This document shows positions 28,085 through 37,206 of a stretch of 64,000 nucleotides of DNA, in pieces. The notes beneath the pieces were generated by a model that saw only the letters and a list, made by a program, of their open reading frames with translations, had not been told where the DNA came from and ran no database searches. Position 1 is the first letter of the stretch, and each line of letters starts with the position of its first letter. The stretch lies in assembly GCA_050953885.1 (NCBI GenBank), contig JBMNNJ010000001.1, positions 527,437 to 591,436 of the forward strand. Direction: 5' to 3'. The stretch comes from Patescibacteria group bacterium (GTDB lineage: Bacteria > Patescibacteriota > Microgenomatia > 0-14-0-10-38-17). The translations under genes and the position numbers were made by a program.

Positions 28085-29860
28085 GTGATGGCTGAAAACC
28101 AAAAAAATTGGGCCATTAAGGTAGGGAAAATTGTTGGTCCGCAAGACGAGACCCATTGGTCGCAAACCCATATTTTTGTGCCGCCGGAAAAAGAAAAGCG
28201 GGAGAAAAAGGGCTCTCTTTTGGCGGTTTTTTCTCTTACTGGCGAAAATTCTTTTCCTCCTGATTTGGGTAAAGAACTGATTTTTCGGCTTCAGGAAGAA
28301 TATTACGGTCGGGCTCAGGGCTGGCCGATGCAAAACCTAATGGCGGCGGTGGAGAAAGTGGCCGTTGAAGTAGAAGAAAGCCAGTTGGGAGTGGAACTGG
28401 AAATTACCGCGGCGGTTTTTTGGCAGGGAATTTGGTACTTTGTTACCAACGGCGCGGGGCGGGTTTACGTGAAGCGTGGCCCCACTCTCTCGGCGGTTTT
28501 GTCGGGTGAGGGGAAAATTTCCTCTTCATCAGGCAAGGCTGAAAAAGGCGACCTGATTCTTTTGGGTAATGATCTTTTTTTTCAAAATTTGCCAGCCGAA
28601 AGAGTGCGGCAGGCTTTGGAAAGTGCCAGTCCGGCGTTGGCGGCAGAAACATTAAGCCCCTTTTTGGTAAAAGAAGGGAGGCTGGGCGCAGCCGCTTTGG
28701 CGGTAAAATTGGAAGAAGAAGAGGCTAACGAAGAGGCAAGGACGGAGGAAGGAAAGAAGCGAGATTTTACGGGAATGAAAACAAAATTAGCAAGATATGG
28801 CAAGCCATTAGCTTTAGGACTTTTTGTTTTGCTTCTTATTGGGGCGGCTTTCTGGGGTATAGGAAAGAAAAAAGAAAGCAATTTATCAGAAAATCAAGAA
28901 ACCTTAAGACAAGTAGAAGAAAAAATTATTCAGGCGGAAGCCTTGACGGATCTTAATCCTCTTCAAGCAAAAACCATTTTGGAAGAGCAAAAGGCGGTTT
29001 TGGAAAAAGTTAGCGGCAACGAAGAGCTGGAAGCAAAAAAGAAGGATCTTGCGAACCGGCTGGAGCAACTTTTGGTTCAAGTCAGCAAGCCGAAAGAAGA
29101 AGCTCCTTTACCAGAAGAGGAGTGGCCGGTTTTTCTTGAAACAGAGGAAATAAGCGATGTGGCCAATTTAGGCAAAACCATTTACGTTCTTTCATTAGGG
29201 GCGGGAAAGATTTTGCAAATTGATTGGGAGGAAAAAACCAGCACCGTTTTTTTGGGTGATGAGAAAATCGGCAGGATGCGCTTTATTGTTCCCCAGCTTA
29301 ACAAAATGTTGCTTTTGGCCGATGACGGGGTTTATCAGGCCGACAAGAGTAAATTAAGCCCGATTATTGAAAAAGAGGAAAGTTGGGGGAAAATTGTGGG
29401 CATGAGTTCCTGGCTTGGTAATCTTTATCTTTTGGATAGCGCCAAAGACCAAATTTGGCAATATCCGGCGACGGCGAGCGGCTTTGGAGCGATTCAGGAG
29501 TGGATAAAAGAGAAGAAGCAGGATTTTTCCGATCAGGCAAAAATGACCATTGACGGCGCGGTTTGGATTGTTGACCAGGGCAAGGTTTTCCGTTATTGGA
29601 AAGGTTATGAGGAAAAAGTTTTTTCGCCCGAAGGATTGGGGAAGGAGGTCCTCCCCTACACCACCGCTGACTTTGACTCTCTTTATCTTTGGGATAAGGA
29701 AAAAGGGAAATTGGTTTTTTTAAACAAAGAAGACGGGAAAGTTACCGGTGAAAAGAATATTGGCCGGATTGAAGGAGGCAGCAGTTTTATTATTTCTCCT
29801 GACCAAACAATCGCCTTGATCGGCGCGGGGGAAAAGCTGGTAGAAATAGGGCTGAAGTAA
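28085..29860 (+). CDS. PP2C-like N-terminal domain, TM helix, beta-propeller protein
   Basis: GRVYVKRG...GDLILLG phosphatase-like strand pattern; central TM; GNLYLLDS..QIWQY and MTIDGAVW propeller repeats. Confidence 0.6.
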   Translation: MMAENQKNWAIKVGKIVGPQDETHWSQTHIFVPPEKEKREKKGSLLAVFSLTGENSFPPDLGKELIFRLQEEYYGRAQGWPMQNLMAAVEKVAVEVEESQLGVELEITAAVFWQGIWYFVTNGAGRVYVKRGPTLSAVLSGEGKISSSSGKAEKGDLILLGNDLFFQNLPAERVRQALESASPALAAETLSPFLVKEGRLGAAALAVKLEEEEANEEARTEEGKKRDFTGMKTKLARYGKPLALGLFVLLLIGAAFWGIGKKKESNLSENQETLRQVEEKIIQAEALTDLNPLQAKTILEEQKAVLEKVSGNEELEAKKKDLANRLEQLLVQVSKPKEEAPLPEEEWPVFLETEEISDVANLGKTIYVLSLGAGKILQIDWEEKTSTVFLGDEKIGRMRFIVPQLNKMLLLADDGVYQADKSKLSPIIEKEESWGKIVGMSSWLGNLYLLDSAKDQIWQYPATASGFGAIQEWIKEKKQDFSDQAKMTIDGAVWIVDQGKVFRYWKGYEEKVFSPEGLGKEVLPYTTADFDSLYLWDKEKGKLVFLNKEDGKVTGEKNIGRIEGGSSFIISPDQTIALIGAGEKLVEIGLK

Positions 29861-29864
29861 AGAG

Positions 29865-30170
29865 ACTAAGAGACTAAGATACTAAGATACACGATAAAAC
29901 AAATTCAAAATTCAAGATTCAAAAACAATAAATAAACTCAAATGTTAAATCGCAAAACGCAAAACTACAACTCAAATCTTAAAACTTGAAAGACAAAAAC
30001 AGAATTACAATTTAGAAATACAAATATTAATCCCTAAAGTTTTTTAGTTTTGAGTTTTAACATGTAGTTTTGCCATTTGCGTTTTGAGTTTTGAGATTAT
30101 CTTTCGTTTTCTCTTCGTGTCAATTTGTGTCTTCTAATAATTTAGCAATTTAACAGTTTGACAATTTAAT
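29865..30170. repeat. Nested repeat element with 90 bp core (copy 3)
   Basis: GACTAAGA/GATACTAA octamers; core at 29990-30072. Confidence 0.85.
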
Positions 30171-30174
30171 TTTT

Positions 30175-30541
30175 TGGTGGAGATGGGGAGGAATGACCTC
30201 CCGTCCGAAAAAAACCCTTCTGAATTTCTCCAAGCTCAGTTAGCCTTTTAAATTTTCTTTTGGGATTTTAGCCGCTAACCGCTTTTTCCCAAAATAGCCT
30301 TTAATTCTCTGCTTTTTTCCTTAAGGCAAAGGGAAAAAGCGCCTCTTGCCTTGCGTTTTCACCTTCCCTGCCCCGACAAGAGGGGGAAAAGAAGATGTCT
30401 TTTCCTTACGCGAAAGCGTAATTCAAAGAGTAGTCGACATCATTGTCGGCATTCTTTTTTTGGTGAATTTTAACGGGGTGATCACCTTCCCCGGCTTGCC
30501 CTTCAGAACAGGCCTTTTCCGTCGATTCAAAGAGCATCCCC
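30175..30541 (-). ncRNA. ssrA: tmRNA; tag peptide (A)ADNDVDYSLNYAFA
   Basis: 5' GGGGATG...TCGAC and 3' CATCTCCACCA form the Ala acceptor stem; tag frame 30450-30406 ends YAFA-TAA; adjacent to smpB. Confidence 0.95.
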
Positions 30542-30712
30542 AAAAATCGCCCTATGGGCGAGGAATTTCGAATTACAAATCACAAATTCCAAACAAATTC
30601 TAAATTCTAATTTTCAAATTTAAAAAAATGGATTACATTTCATTCGCTCATTCGTGTTTATTCGTTTCCCATTCGCGTCTTTTAACAATGAAACAATATG
30701 GCAATGTAATTT

Positions 30713-31114
30713 CTATTTTAGAATAGTTGCTTTTCCTTTTCCGACCCTCTTCTTTTTTCTCCCCAACCCCACTTTCAGTTTAATTAAGTTGTTCTTATTA
30801 TACCACTCTAAGGCTAGAGGGGTCAATTTTTGTTGTTTGTTTTTATTATGAAGAGCTAAAATTTCCTTTTTTTTTAGAAGCAGCTTTCGGTGGCGGCGGG
30901 GATCAGGCGGGTTAAGGCCGGCCGCTGGTTGATAAGGGGCAATATAGGCATTTTCCAAAAAAGCCTCGCCCTTTCTGATAGTAATAAGGCTTTGATCAAG
31001 ATTCCCCTGTCCGGCGCGTAAGCTTTTTACCTCCGGTCCGGTCAGTGCCACGCCGGCCTCAAGTTCATCTAAAATTAAATAATCGCGATAGGCTTTATGG
31101 TTTTTGATGAGCAT
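30713..31114 (-). CDS. smpB: SsrA-binding protein
   Basis: NHKAYRDY, EAGVALTGPEVKSLR, RHRKLLLKKKEI. Confidence 0.96.
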   Translation of the reverse strand: MLIKNHKAYRDYLILDELEAGVALTGPEVKSLRAGQGNLDQSLITIRKGEAFLENAYIAPYQPAAGLNPPDPRRHRKLLLKKKEILALHNKNKQQKLTPLALEWYNKNNLIKLKVGLGRKKKRVGKGKATILK

Positions 31115-31119
31115 GATAA

Positions 31120-31277
31120 AAAACTCAAAACTTAAATCTAAAAAAAAACAACTTTAAGCTTTAAAAAGTTTTAACATTTGCCATGTAGATTTGAGATTTG
31201 CGATTTAAGTTTGCCATTAAACTGTCAACCATTTGTTATTTTTTTATTTCTTCGTGTTGTTTATCTTTGTCTCGTGC
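31120..31277. repeat. Inverted-repeat element; empty version of the innermost layer of 13336-13798
   Basis: Reverse complement CAAATCTACATGGCAAATGTTAAAACTTTTTAAAGCTTAA matches 13563-13600 without the GC palindrome. Confidence 0.82.
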
Positions 31278-31299
31278 TTATATTATACTTTATCTACCG

Positions 31300-31998
31300 A
31301 TGCCTTTTTCTTTACTTGATATTTTCTATCCCCGTCATTGTTTGTTTTGCGGCCGGAAGGGCAGTTTTTTCTGTCCCGATTGCTTTTCAAAAAAGCCCTT
31401 GATCCCTTTCCAAATCTGTCCTATTTGCCAGCGGCCTAGTTTTTCCGGCCAAACTCACCCTTCCTGCCAAACAAAATTTAATTTAAACGGCCTGATCAGT
31501 CTTTTCTCCTACCCCCCTTTTTCCTCGGCAATTAAAAAAATAAAGTATCGGCCTTATTATTTTGCCGCCATAGAAGAACTGATGGTAAGGGTGGGCCCCA
31601 TTTTAAAAAACGAGGCAAGTTTTGGGCGATGGCGGCGATTTATCAAGGAGTGGCCGGCGGTGGTGGTTCCCTTGCCCTTGGCGGCGGGTCGGGAAAAAGA
31701 GCGGGGTTTTAATCAGGCCGAACTAATGGGCCGATTTTTGGCCTCTTTTTTCAAGCTTCCCTTTGATAATCATCTTCTTTGGCGGGTAAAAGAAACCTGG
31801 CCGCAATCTTTATTAAGCAAGAAGGAAAGAAAAGAAAACGTTAAAAACGCTTTTGCGGTTTTGCCGGGGAAACGTTGCCCCCAGGCGGTACTTTTGGTGG
31901 ATGATGTTTGGACCAGCGGTGCCAGTCTTAAGAATGCCGCCTCTGCCTTGAAACATCACGGCGCTTCCTTGGTTTGGGGCCTCACTCTTTGCCGGTAA
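31300..31998 (+). CDS. comF: ComF family phosphoribosyltransferase-like competence protein
   Basis: CxxC zinc motifs, ERGFNQAE, LLVDDVWTSGAS; start moved to MPFSLLD. Confidence 0.93.
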   Translation: MPFSLLDIFYPRHCLFCGRKGSFFCPDCFSKKPLIPFQICPICQRPSFSGQTHPSCQTKFNLNGLISLFSYPPFSSAIKKIKYRPYYFAAIEELMVRVGPILKNEASFGRWRRFIKEWPAVVVPLPLAAGREKERGFNQAELMGRFLASFFKLPFDNHLLWRVKETWPQSLLSKKERKENVKNAFAVLPGKRCPQAVLLVDDVWTSGASLKNAASALKHHGASLVWGLTLCR

Positions 31999-31999
31999 G

Positions 32000-32073
32000 T
32001 GCGCCTGGCCGGATTTGAACCGGCACTTTTTGGCTCCGGAGGCCAACGCTTTATCCAGTTAAGCTACAGGCGC
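32000..32073 (-). tRNA. tRNA-Arg(CCG)
   Basis: GCGCCTGTAGCTTAACTGGATAAAGC-TTGGC CTCCGGA GCCAA-GGTTCAAATCC-CAGGCGCA. Confidence 0.96.
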
Positions 32074-32078
32074 GAAAG

Positions 32079-32165
32079 CGGAGGGAGGGAGATTCGAACT
32101 CCCGTGGGCCGTAGGGCCCGCAAGGTTTTCGAGACCTGCCAGATAAGCCACTCCTGCATCCCTCC
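32079..32165 (-). tRNA. tRNA-Ser(CGA)
   Basis: GGAGGGA acceptor stem, CTCGAAA loop, long variable arm, GTTCGAATC. Confidence 0.95.
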
Positions 32166-32263
32166 AAAGCAAGATACTAAGGGACTAAGATACTAAGAAA
32201 TAAGAATAAAATTTTTCTTCTCCCCGGGTTTCTTTGTATCGGGTATCTTTGTATTTTACCTAG

Positions 32264-32337
32264 TGCGCCTGGGGCGATTTGAACGCCCAACCGCCAGCTC
32301 CGCAAGCTGATGCTCTATCCAGTTAAGCTACAGGCGC
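32264..32337 (-). tRNA. tRNA-Arg(GCG)
   Basis: Anticodon arm TCAGC TTGCGGA GCTGG; GTTCAAATC T loop. Confidence 0.94.
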
Positions 32338-32339
32338 AA

Positions 32340-32700
32340 AAGAAAAGTTAAAAGTTAATCCGCCAGCTGGCGGATTAAAAATCAAAAATCTAGCGCAAAG
32401 CGCAAAGATTAAAACGCAAAACCAAGCTCAAAGACCAAAACCATAAACTGAATCTCAAAACGCAGATGGCAAGCTTAAATCTCAAAACTACATGTTAAAA
32501 CTCAAAACTAAAAAACTTTAGGGCTTAATATTTGTATTTCTAAATTGTAATTCTGTTTTTGTCTTTCAAGTTTTGAGTTTTGCGTTGTAGTTTTGCGTTT
32601 TGCGATTTGAGATTTGAGTTTATTTATTATTTTTGAACTTTGATTTAGGTTTTGATCTTTGATATTTGCACTTTGCGTTTTTTTATTACGAATTTTGCGT
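32340..32700. repeat. Nested repeat element with 90 bp core (copy 4, minus) and GC palindrome
   Basis: ATCCGCCAGCTGGCGGAT at 32358-32375; core reverse complement at 32485-32570. Confidence 0.86.
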
Positions 32701-32763
32701 ATCTTTCTTATTATATCAAACCTCACTTGCAAAACGCCAAAAGTTTGTTATACAATGACTTTA

Positions 32764-33321
32764 ATGGCCGAAGAAGAAAAACCCGCCCCAAAACTTGAAA
32801 AGAGCGATATTCGTTTTAAGGAAATTTTTTCCTGGGAAGCGCCGGAAAGGCCCTTCAAAAGAAGAAGTAAGGAATTTTGGACCACCCTTCTTTCACTGGT
32901 GCTTTTAATTTCTTTAATTCTTTTTTTCGCCAAAGAATATTTCTTAATTGCCACCATTTTTGCCCTCGTTTTTCTTTTTTATATTCTTTCTACCCGCCCG
33001 CCTCAAAAGATTACTTACAAAATTACCAATCAAGGGATTTTTTGGGGGCAGACAAAATATGAATGGCCGGTTTTGCACTCTTTTTGGGTTGAGAGCGACG
33101 ACGGGCAGGCAGTTTTAAAAGTGAGCACTTATCTTTCTTTCCCGCGGCAGTTGATTTTACCTTTAGGCGATCAGGATGAAAAAGCCTTGCGAGAAGTTTT
33201 GGAGAATTTTTTACCCTACGAACAGCCGGAGCCTACTTTTATTGAGAAGGCCACCAATTGGCTTGCTAAAACTTTTCCTTTGGAAGGAAAGCCTCAGGAA
33301 CCGCCGCAAGGGGGAAAATAA
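32764..33321 (+). CDS. Two-TM membrane protein (DUF5673/PH-like)
   Basis: FSWEAPERPFKRRSKEFW, two TM helices, YKITNQGI; start moved from 32659, which lies in repeat DNA. Confidence 0.75.
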   Translation: MAEEEKPAPKLEKSDIRFKEIFSWEAPERPFKRRSKEFWTTLLSLVLLISLILFFAKEYFLIATIFALVFLFYILSTRPPQKITYKITNQGIFWGQTKYEWPVLHSFWVESDDGQAVLKVSTYLSFPRQLILPLGDQDEKALREVLENFLPYEQPEPTFIEKATNWLAKTFPLEGKPQEPPQGGK

Positions 33322-33354
33322 CCTCTTTATTAACCGCTTCTTGATATAATTATA

Positions 33355-35136
33355 GTGATGAGTCAGATTGACGAGGTTTTGGCCAAAACGGATATCGTGG
33401 AATTAATCGGCAGTTATTTGCCTTTAAAAAAAGCCGGCCGTAATTTTAAAGCCCTCTGCCCTTTTCATGCCGAAAAAACTCCTTCTTTTATTGTTTCCCC
33501 CGAACGGCAAATTTTTAAATGTTTTGGCTGTCAAATTGGCGGAAACGCGCTTAAATTCTTAATGGAGTATGAAAAAATGGATTTTGGCGAGGCGCTGCGG
33601 TTTTTGGCTCAAAGAGCAGGGATTACCCTAAGAGATTATCGGCCCGGACCTCAAGAGGCCAAGCGGGAGCGCCTCTTGCAACTTAATCATCTGGCGGCCG
33701 AACTTTATCATTTTTTGCTTACTGAGCATCGGGCGGGCGAGCCGGGCCGGAAATATTTAGCCCAAAGAGGGATTAAGAAAGAAACAATTGAGGAATTTAA
33801 CCTTGGTTATGCCCCACTCCGCCGTAATTTACTGGAGGAATTTTTGGTGGGCAAAAAGGGATTTAGCCGGGAAGAGCTGGAGCTTTCCGGTTTAGTTTTT
33901 AAGAACAACAAAGGCCAATTGGGAGATCGGTTTTTCCAGCGCCTTATTTTCCCCTTAACTGACCAGCGGGGTAATGTTTTGGGTTTTTCCGGGCGGTTAA
34001 TTTCCCCCCGTGAGGGTACGGGTAAATATATTAACACCCCCGAAACGCCGCTTTACCATAAAAGCCAAATGCTTTTTGGTTTGGCGCAGGCAAAGGAGGC
34101 AATTCGGCAGGAGAAGAAAGTTTTGGTGGTGGAAGGAGAGTTTGATATGATTTCCCCCTATCAGGCGGGGATTAAAAATGTGGTGGCCATTAAAGGCAGT
34201 GCCTTAACCGAAGAGCAAGTGAAGCTTTTACATCGTTTTAGCGAGGAGATTCTTTTGGCTTTAGATGAGGATAGCGCCGGCGACGCGGCGACGCGGCGGG
34301 GAATTCAGGTGGCCTTAAATGAAGGCCTGAATGTTTTGGTGGTTTCGCTTTTAGGCAAATATAAGGATCCGGATGAGGCGGTGCGGGCGGATTTGGATTT
34401 TTTTAAACAGAGAATGGCGGCGGCAGTGCCGGTTTTTGATTTTTTTATTGCCTCGGCCCTGAAGCGTTTTGACATTAACTCGGCTTGGGGGAAAAAGCAG
34501 GTGGTTGAGGATTTGGCGCCCATCCTTTCCGGCGTTGAAGATGAGGTTTTACTCTCTTCCTATGTTAAGCAAATGGCCTCGGCTCTAAAAATTGGCGAGG
34601 AGGCAATTTTTGCCAAAATCGCCAAGACAAACGAAATGTCTTCGGGAAATAATTTTAGAAAGAGGGAGGATTTAGCCTTAACAGAGAAAAAAGAAAACCG
34701 ACAGGAGGTTTTGGCCCACTATTTTTTGGCTCTTTGTTTTCAAACCCATCGCGAGGAGGCGCTTTTAACGCCCGGCCTTGAGGAATGGCTTGATAATCCC
34801 GGCTATCGGCGCTTAATTAAAGCCTTGAACCAGTTTATGGGAAAAGAAAAAAAATTTTCTTCTTCTGGTTTTTCCCAGAAGTTAGCGCCGGAGCTAAAAG
34901 AAATTTTTGACGAGTTTTATTTAACTCCCCTGCCGGAGAAATTAACCGATCCGTCAGAGCAGGAAAAAGAAATTAATCGGGTTTTGGATGAATTAAAAAA
35001 ACTTTATTTAAGAAAACGTTTGGAAAAATTAACCCAAGAATTAGAGATAAAAGAGAAGGCAGGCGAGGAAAAAACCCTGACCGTGCTTGAGGAAAAAATT
35101 AGCCAAACCCTAAAAGAGCTGAAAATGGAGAGCTGA
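33355..35136 (+). CDS. dnaG: DNA primase
   Basis: CPFHAEKTPSF...CFGC zinc finger, KYINTPET, VEGEFD, LDEDSAG, KDPDE. Confidence 0.98.
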   Translation: MMSQIDEVLAKTDIVELIGSYLPLKKAGRNFKALCPFHAEKTPSFIVSPERQIFKCFGCQIGGNALKFLMEYEKMDFGEALRFLAQRAGITLRDYRPGPQEAKRERLLQLNHLAAELYHFLLTEHRAGEPGRKYLAQRGIKKETIEEFNLGYAPLRRNLLEEFLVGKKGFSREELELSGLVFKNNKGQLGDRFFQRLIFPLTDQRGNVLGFSGRLISPREGTGKYINTPETPLYHKSQMLFGLAQAKEAIRQEKKVLVVEGEFDMISPYQAGIKNVVAIKGSALTEEQVKLLHRFSEEILLALDEDSAGDAATRRGIQVALNEGLNVLVVSLLGKYKDPDEAVRADLDFFKQRMAAAVPVFDFFIASALKRFDINSAWGKKQVVEDLAPILSGVEDEVLLSSYVKQMASALKIGEEAIFAKIAKTNEMSSGNNFRKREDLALTEKKENRQEVLAHYFLALCFQTHREEALLTPGLEEWLDNPGYRRLIKALNQFMGKEKKFSSSGFSQKLAPELKEIFDEFYLTPLPEKLTDPSEQEKEINRVLDELKKLYLRKRLEKLTQELEIKEKAGEEKTLTVLEEKISQTLKELKMES

Positions 35137-35150
35137 AGAGGTATAATAAG

Positions 35151-35285
35151 TAAAGTTAAAATTCAAAAGTCAAAAGTCAAAATTGCAAGTCAAAAGTCAA
35201 AAGTTTTTTACTTTACTTTTTAATTTTAACTTGTACTTTTGACTTTTAAATTTTGAATTTTGAATTTTAATTTCATTCGTGTATT
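35151..35285. repeat. Heptamer inverted-repeat element in rpoD leader
   Basis: (TCAAAAG)n arm and (TTTTGAA)n arm, between TATAAT at 35142 and ATG 35300. Confidence 0.85.
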
Positions 35286-35299
35286 TTAAAACATAAAAC

Positions 35300-36424
35300 A
35301 TGGCTAAAAAATTAAGCAAGAATAAAACCAGCACCCTTTCCCCGACTAAAGACATCCTCTCGCCTGCGGCAAGGGATTTATTGGCGCGAGGTAAAGATGA
35401 AGGGTTTTTAACCCAAGACGATGTGTTGGCGGTTTTTCCTGATGCGGAAAACCGTCTGGAGGAATTAGACGAGTTTTATAACCAAGCCCTTAGGGAAGGG
35501 GTGGATATTTTTGAGGCGATTGATCTTGAAGAGGCCGGGGAAGAAGATTTTGAAAAGCTAAGCCGTCAAATTGAGGAGCTGACTCTTCAGCAAAATGAGC
35601 CGCTGGATCCGGTGCGCAATTATTTGCGGGAAATTGGTCGGGTACCCCTTCTTAAGACTGATGAAGAGTATGAGTTAGCCAAAAAAGTGGCTGAGGGATC
35701 GCGGGAAGCAAAGCAGAAGTTAATTGAGGCAAATTTACGGCTGGTGGTTTCTATTGCCAAGCGCTATATTGGCCGGGGCCTGCCGTTTTTGGATTTGATT
35801 CAGGAGGGCAATAAAGGGCTGATCAGGGCGACCGAAAAATATGACTATCGGCGGGGTTTTAAATTTTCTACCTATGCCACCTGGTGGATTCGGCAGGCGA
35901 TTACCCGGGCCATTGCCGATCAGGCGCGGACGATTCGCATTCCGGTGCATATGGTGGAAACAATTAATAAGGTTTATCGTGCCACCCGTCAGCTGACACA
36001 AAAATTAGGTTATGAGCCAAGCGCGGCAGAAATTGCCCAAGAGCTTGACATCCCCGTCTCTAAGGTAAAGACGGTTTTTAAAATTTCCCAAGGCACGGCT
36101 TCTCTTCAAGCGCCGGTAGGCGAGGATGGTGATTCGGTTTTGGGCGATTTTATTGAGGATTCGGTGCAACTTTCGCCCTATGAGGAGGCTTCGCGAGAGC
36201 TTTTAAAAGAAAACATCGACGAAGTGCTTTCCTCGCTTACCGATCGGGAGGCCAAAGTTTTGCGGATGAGATTTTCTCTTGACGGCGATCAACCCCACAC
36301 CTTGGAAGAAGTGGGCCGTCATTTTGGCGTTACCCGGGAGCGGATTCGCCAAATTGAAGCCAAAGCCCTGCGCAAGCTAAAGCACCCCTCCCGCCGCCAT
36401 AAACTTCAGGATTATTTGGATTAA
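35300..36424 (+). CDS. rpoD: RNA polymerase primary sigma factor
   Basis: [61 protein letters not shown]. Confidence 0.99.
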   Translation: MAKKLSKNKTSTLSPTKDILSPAARDLLARGKDEGFLTQDDVLAVFPDAENRLEELDEFYNQALREGVDIFEAIDLEEAGEEDFEKLSRQIEELTLQQNEPLDPVRNYLREIGRVPLLKTDEEYELAKKVAEGSREAKQKLIEANLRLVVSIAKRYIGRGLPFLDLIQEGNKGLIRATEKYDYRRGFKFSTYATWWIRQAITRAIADQARTIRIPVHMVETINKVYRATRQLTQKLGYEPSAAEIAQELDIPVSKVKTVFKISQGTASLQAPVGEDGDSVLGDFIEDSVQLSPYEEASRELLKENIDEVLSSLTDREAKVLRMRFSLDGDQPHTLEEVGRHFGVTRERIRQIEAKALRKLKHPSRRHKLQDYLD

Positions 36425-36588
36425 AAACTGCCTTACCAAAAGACGCGAATTAACGAGTAATGGGCGCGCCCTGAAGCGCGCTAATCCATTCTATTCTGAC
36501 CGCATTATTTAACTTGTACAGAGAAAAAATTTAGGCTGGATGAAGTGGTATTTTAAACGAGAAGTTGTTATAATGCGAGTTAATAATT

Positions 36589-36650
36589 TGATATTCCTCG
36601 GTAGCTTGGTTGGTAGACCTGCCTGCCGGCAGGCAGGGCGTCCGCCGTTG
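36589..36650 (+). pseudogene. Duplicated 5' half of tRNA-Asn interrupted by a 20 bp perfect palindrome
   Basis: TGATATTCCTCGGTAGCTTGGTTGGTAGA[CCTGCCTGCCGGCAGGCAGG]GCGTCCGCC compared with the intact gene at 36912-36949. Confidence 0.9.
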
Positions 36651-36668
36651 TTTTTGTATGATTTAAGT

Positions 36669-36914
36669 ATGTATTATGTTTATGTGATAAAAAGTGAAAA
36701 AGACAATAGTCTTTATAAGGGGATTACTAACTGCCTATCAAGGAGGTTGAAAGAACATAATTTGGGGAAAAATCAATCAACAAAAAGTAAAATTCCTTAT
36801 GTTTTGGTTTATCATGAGACGGTTGATAACAGGATGAAAGCGAGAGAAAGAGAAAAGTGGTTTAAAAGTGGTGAGGGCAGAGAGTTTTTGAGAAAAATTA
36901 TTTTAGAAAAGTGA
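36669..36914 (+). CDS. Small GIY-YIG nuclease
   Basis: YYVYVIKS...YKGIT...RRLKEHN...AREREKWFKSG; start moved to MYYVY. Confidence 0.92.
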   Translation: MYYVYVIKSEKDNSLYKGITNCLSRRLKEHNLGKNQSTKSKIPYVLVYHETVDNRMKAREREKWFKSGEGREFLRKIILEK

Positions 36915-36917
36915 TAT

Positions 36918-36990
36918 TCCTCGGTAGCTCAGTTGGTAGAGCGTCCGCCTGTTAAGCGGCTGGTCGGAGGTTCGAGTCCTCCCCGAGGAG
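36918..36990 (+). tRNA. tRNA-Asn(GTT)
   Basis: TCCTCGGTAGCTCAGTTGGTAGAGC, CTGTTAA loop, GGTTCGAGTCC. Confidence 0.97.
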
Positions 36991-37206
36991 CACGGTCTTT
37001 CTTACTCAAAACAGAAAAGCAAGTTTAGTTTATCCTTAAAATACTTCAAAAACCTATTGAAGAGTGTGAGCTTTTATTTTCTCTGGAAAATAGCTCCTAA
37101 AAGTTGTTTTAGGAGAGACGGTAAATACGTTTTTTGTCAAAGCTTCAAAAAAGCAATAGAAAAATAATAGCTTTGTTTGGGAAAAATGATACAATATGGT
37201 GGAGAT

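Noticed and set aside
30346-32196. ORFs 30346-30603 and 31999-32196
   Set aside because: They are antisense shadows of tmRNA and tRNA genes.
2110-35285. Periodic intergenic repeats as CRISPR arrays
   Set aside because: There is no constant 23-47 nt repeat with unique spacers and no cas genes; the units are 7-10 nt and arranged as inverted arms.
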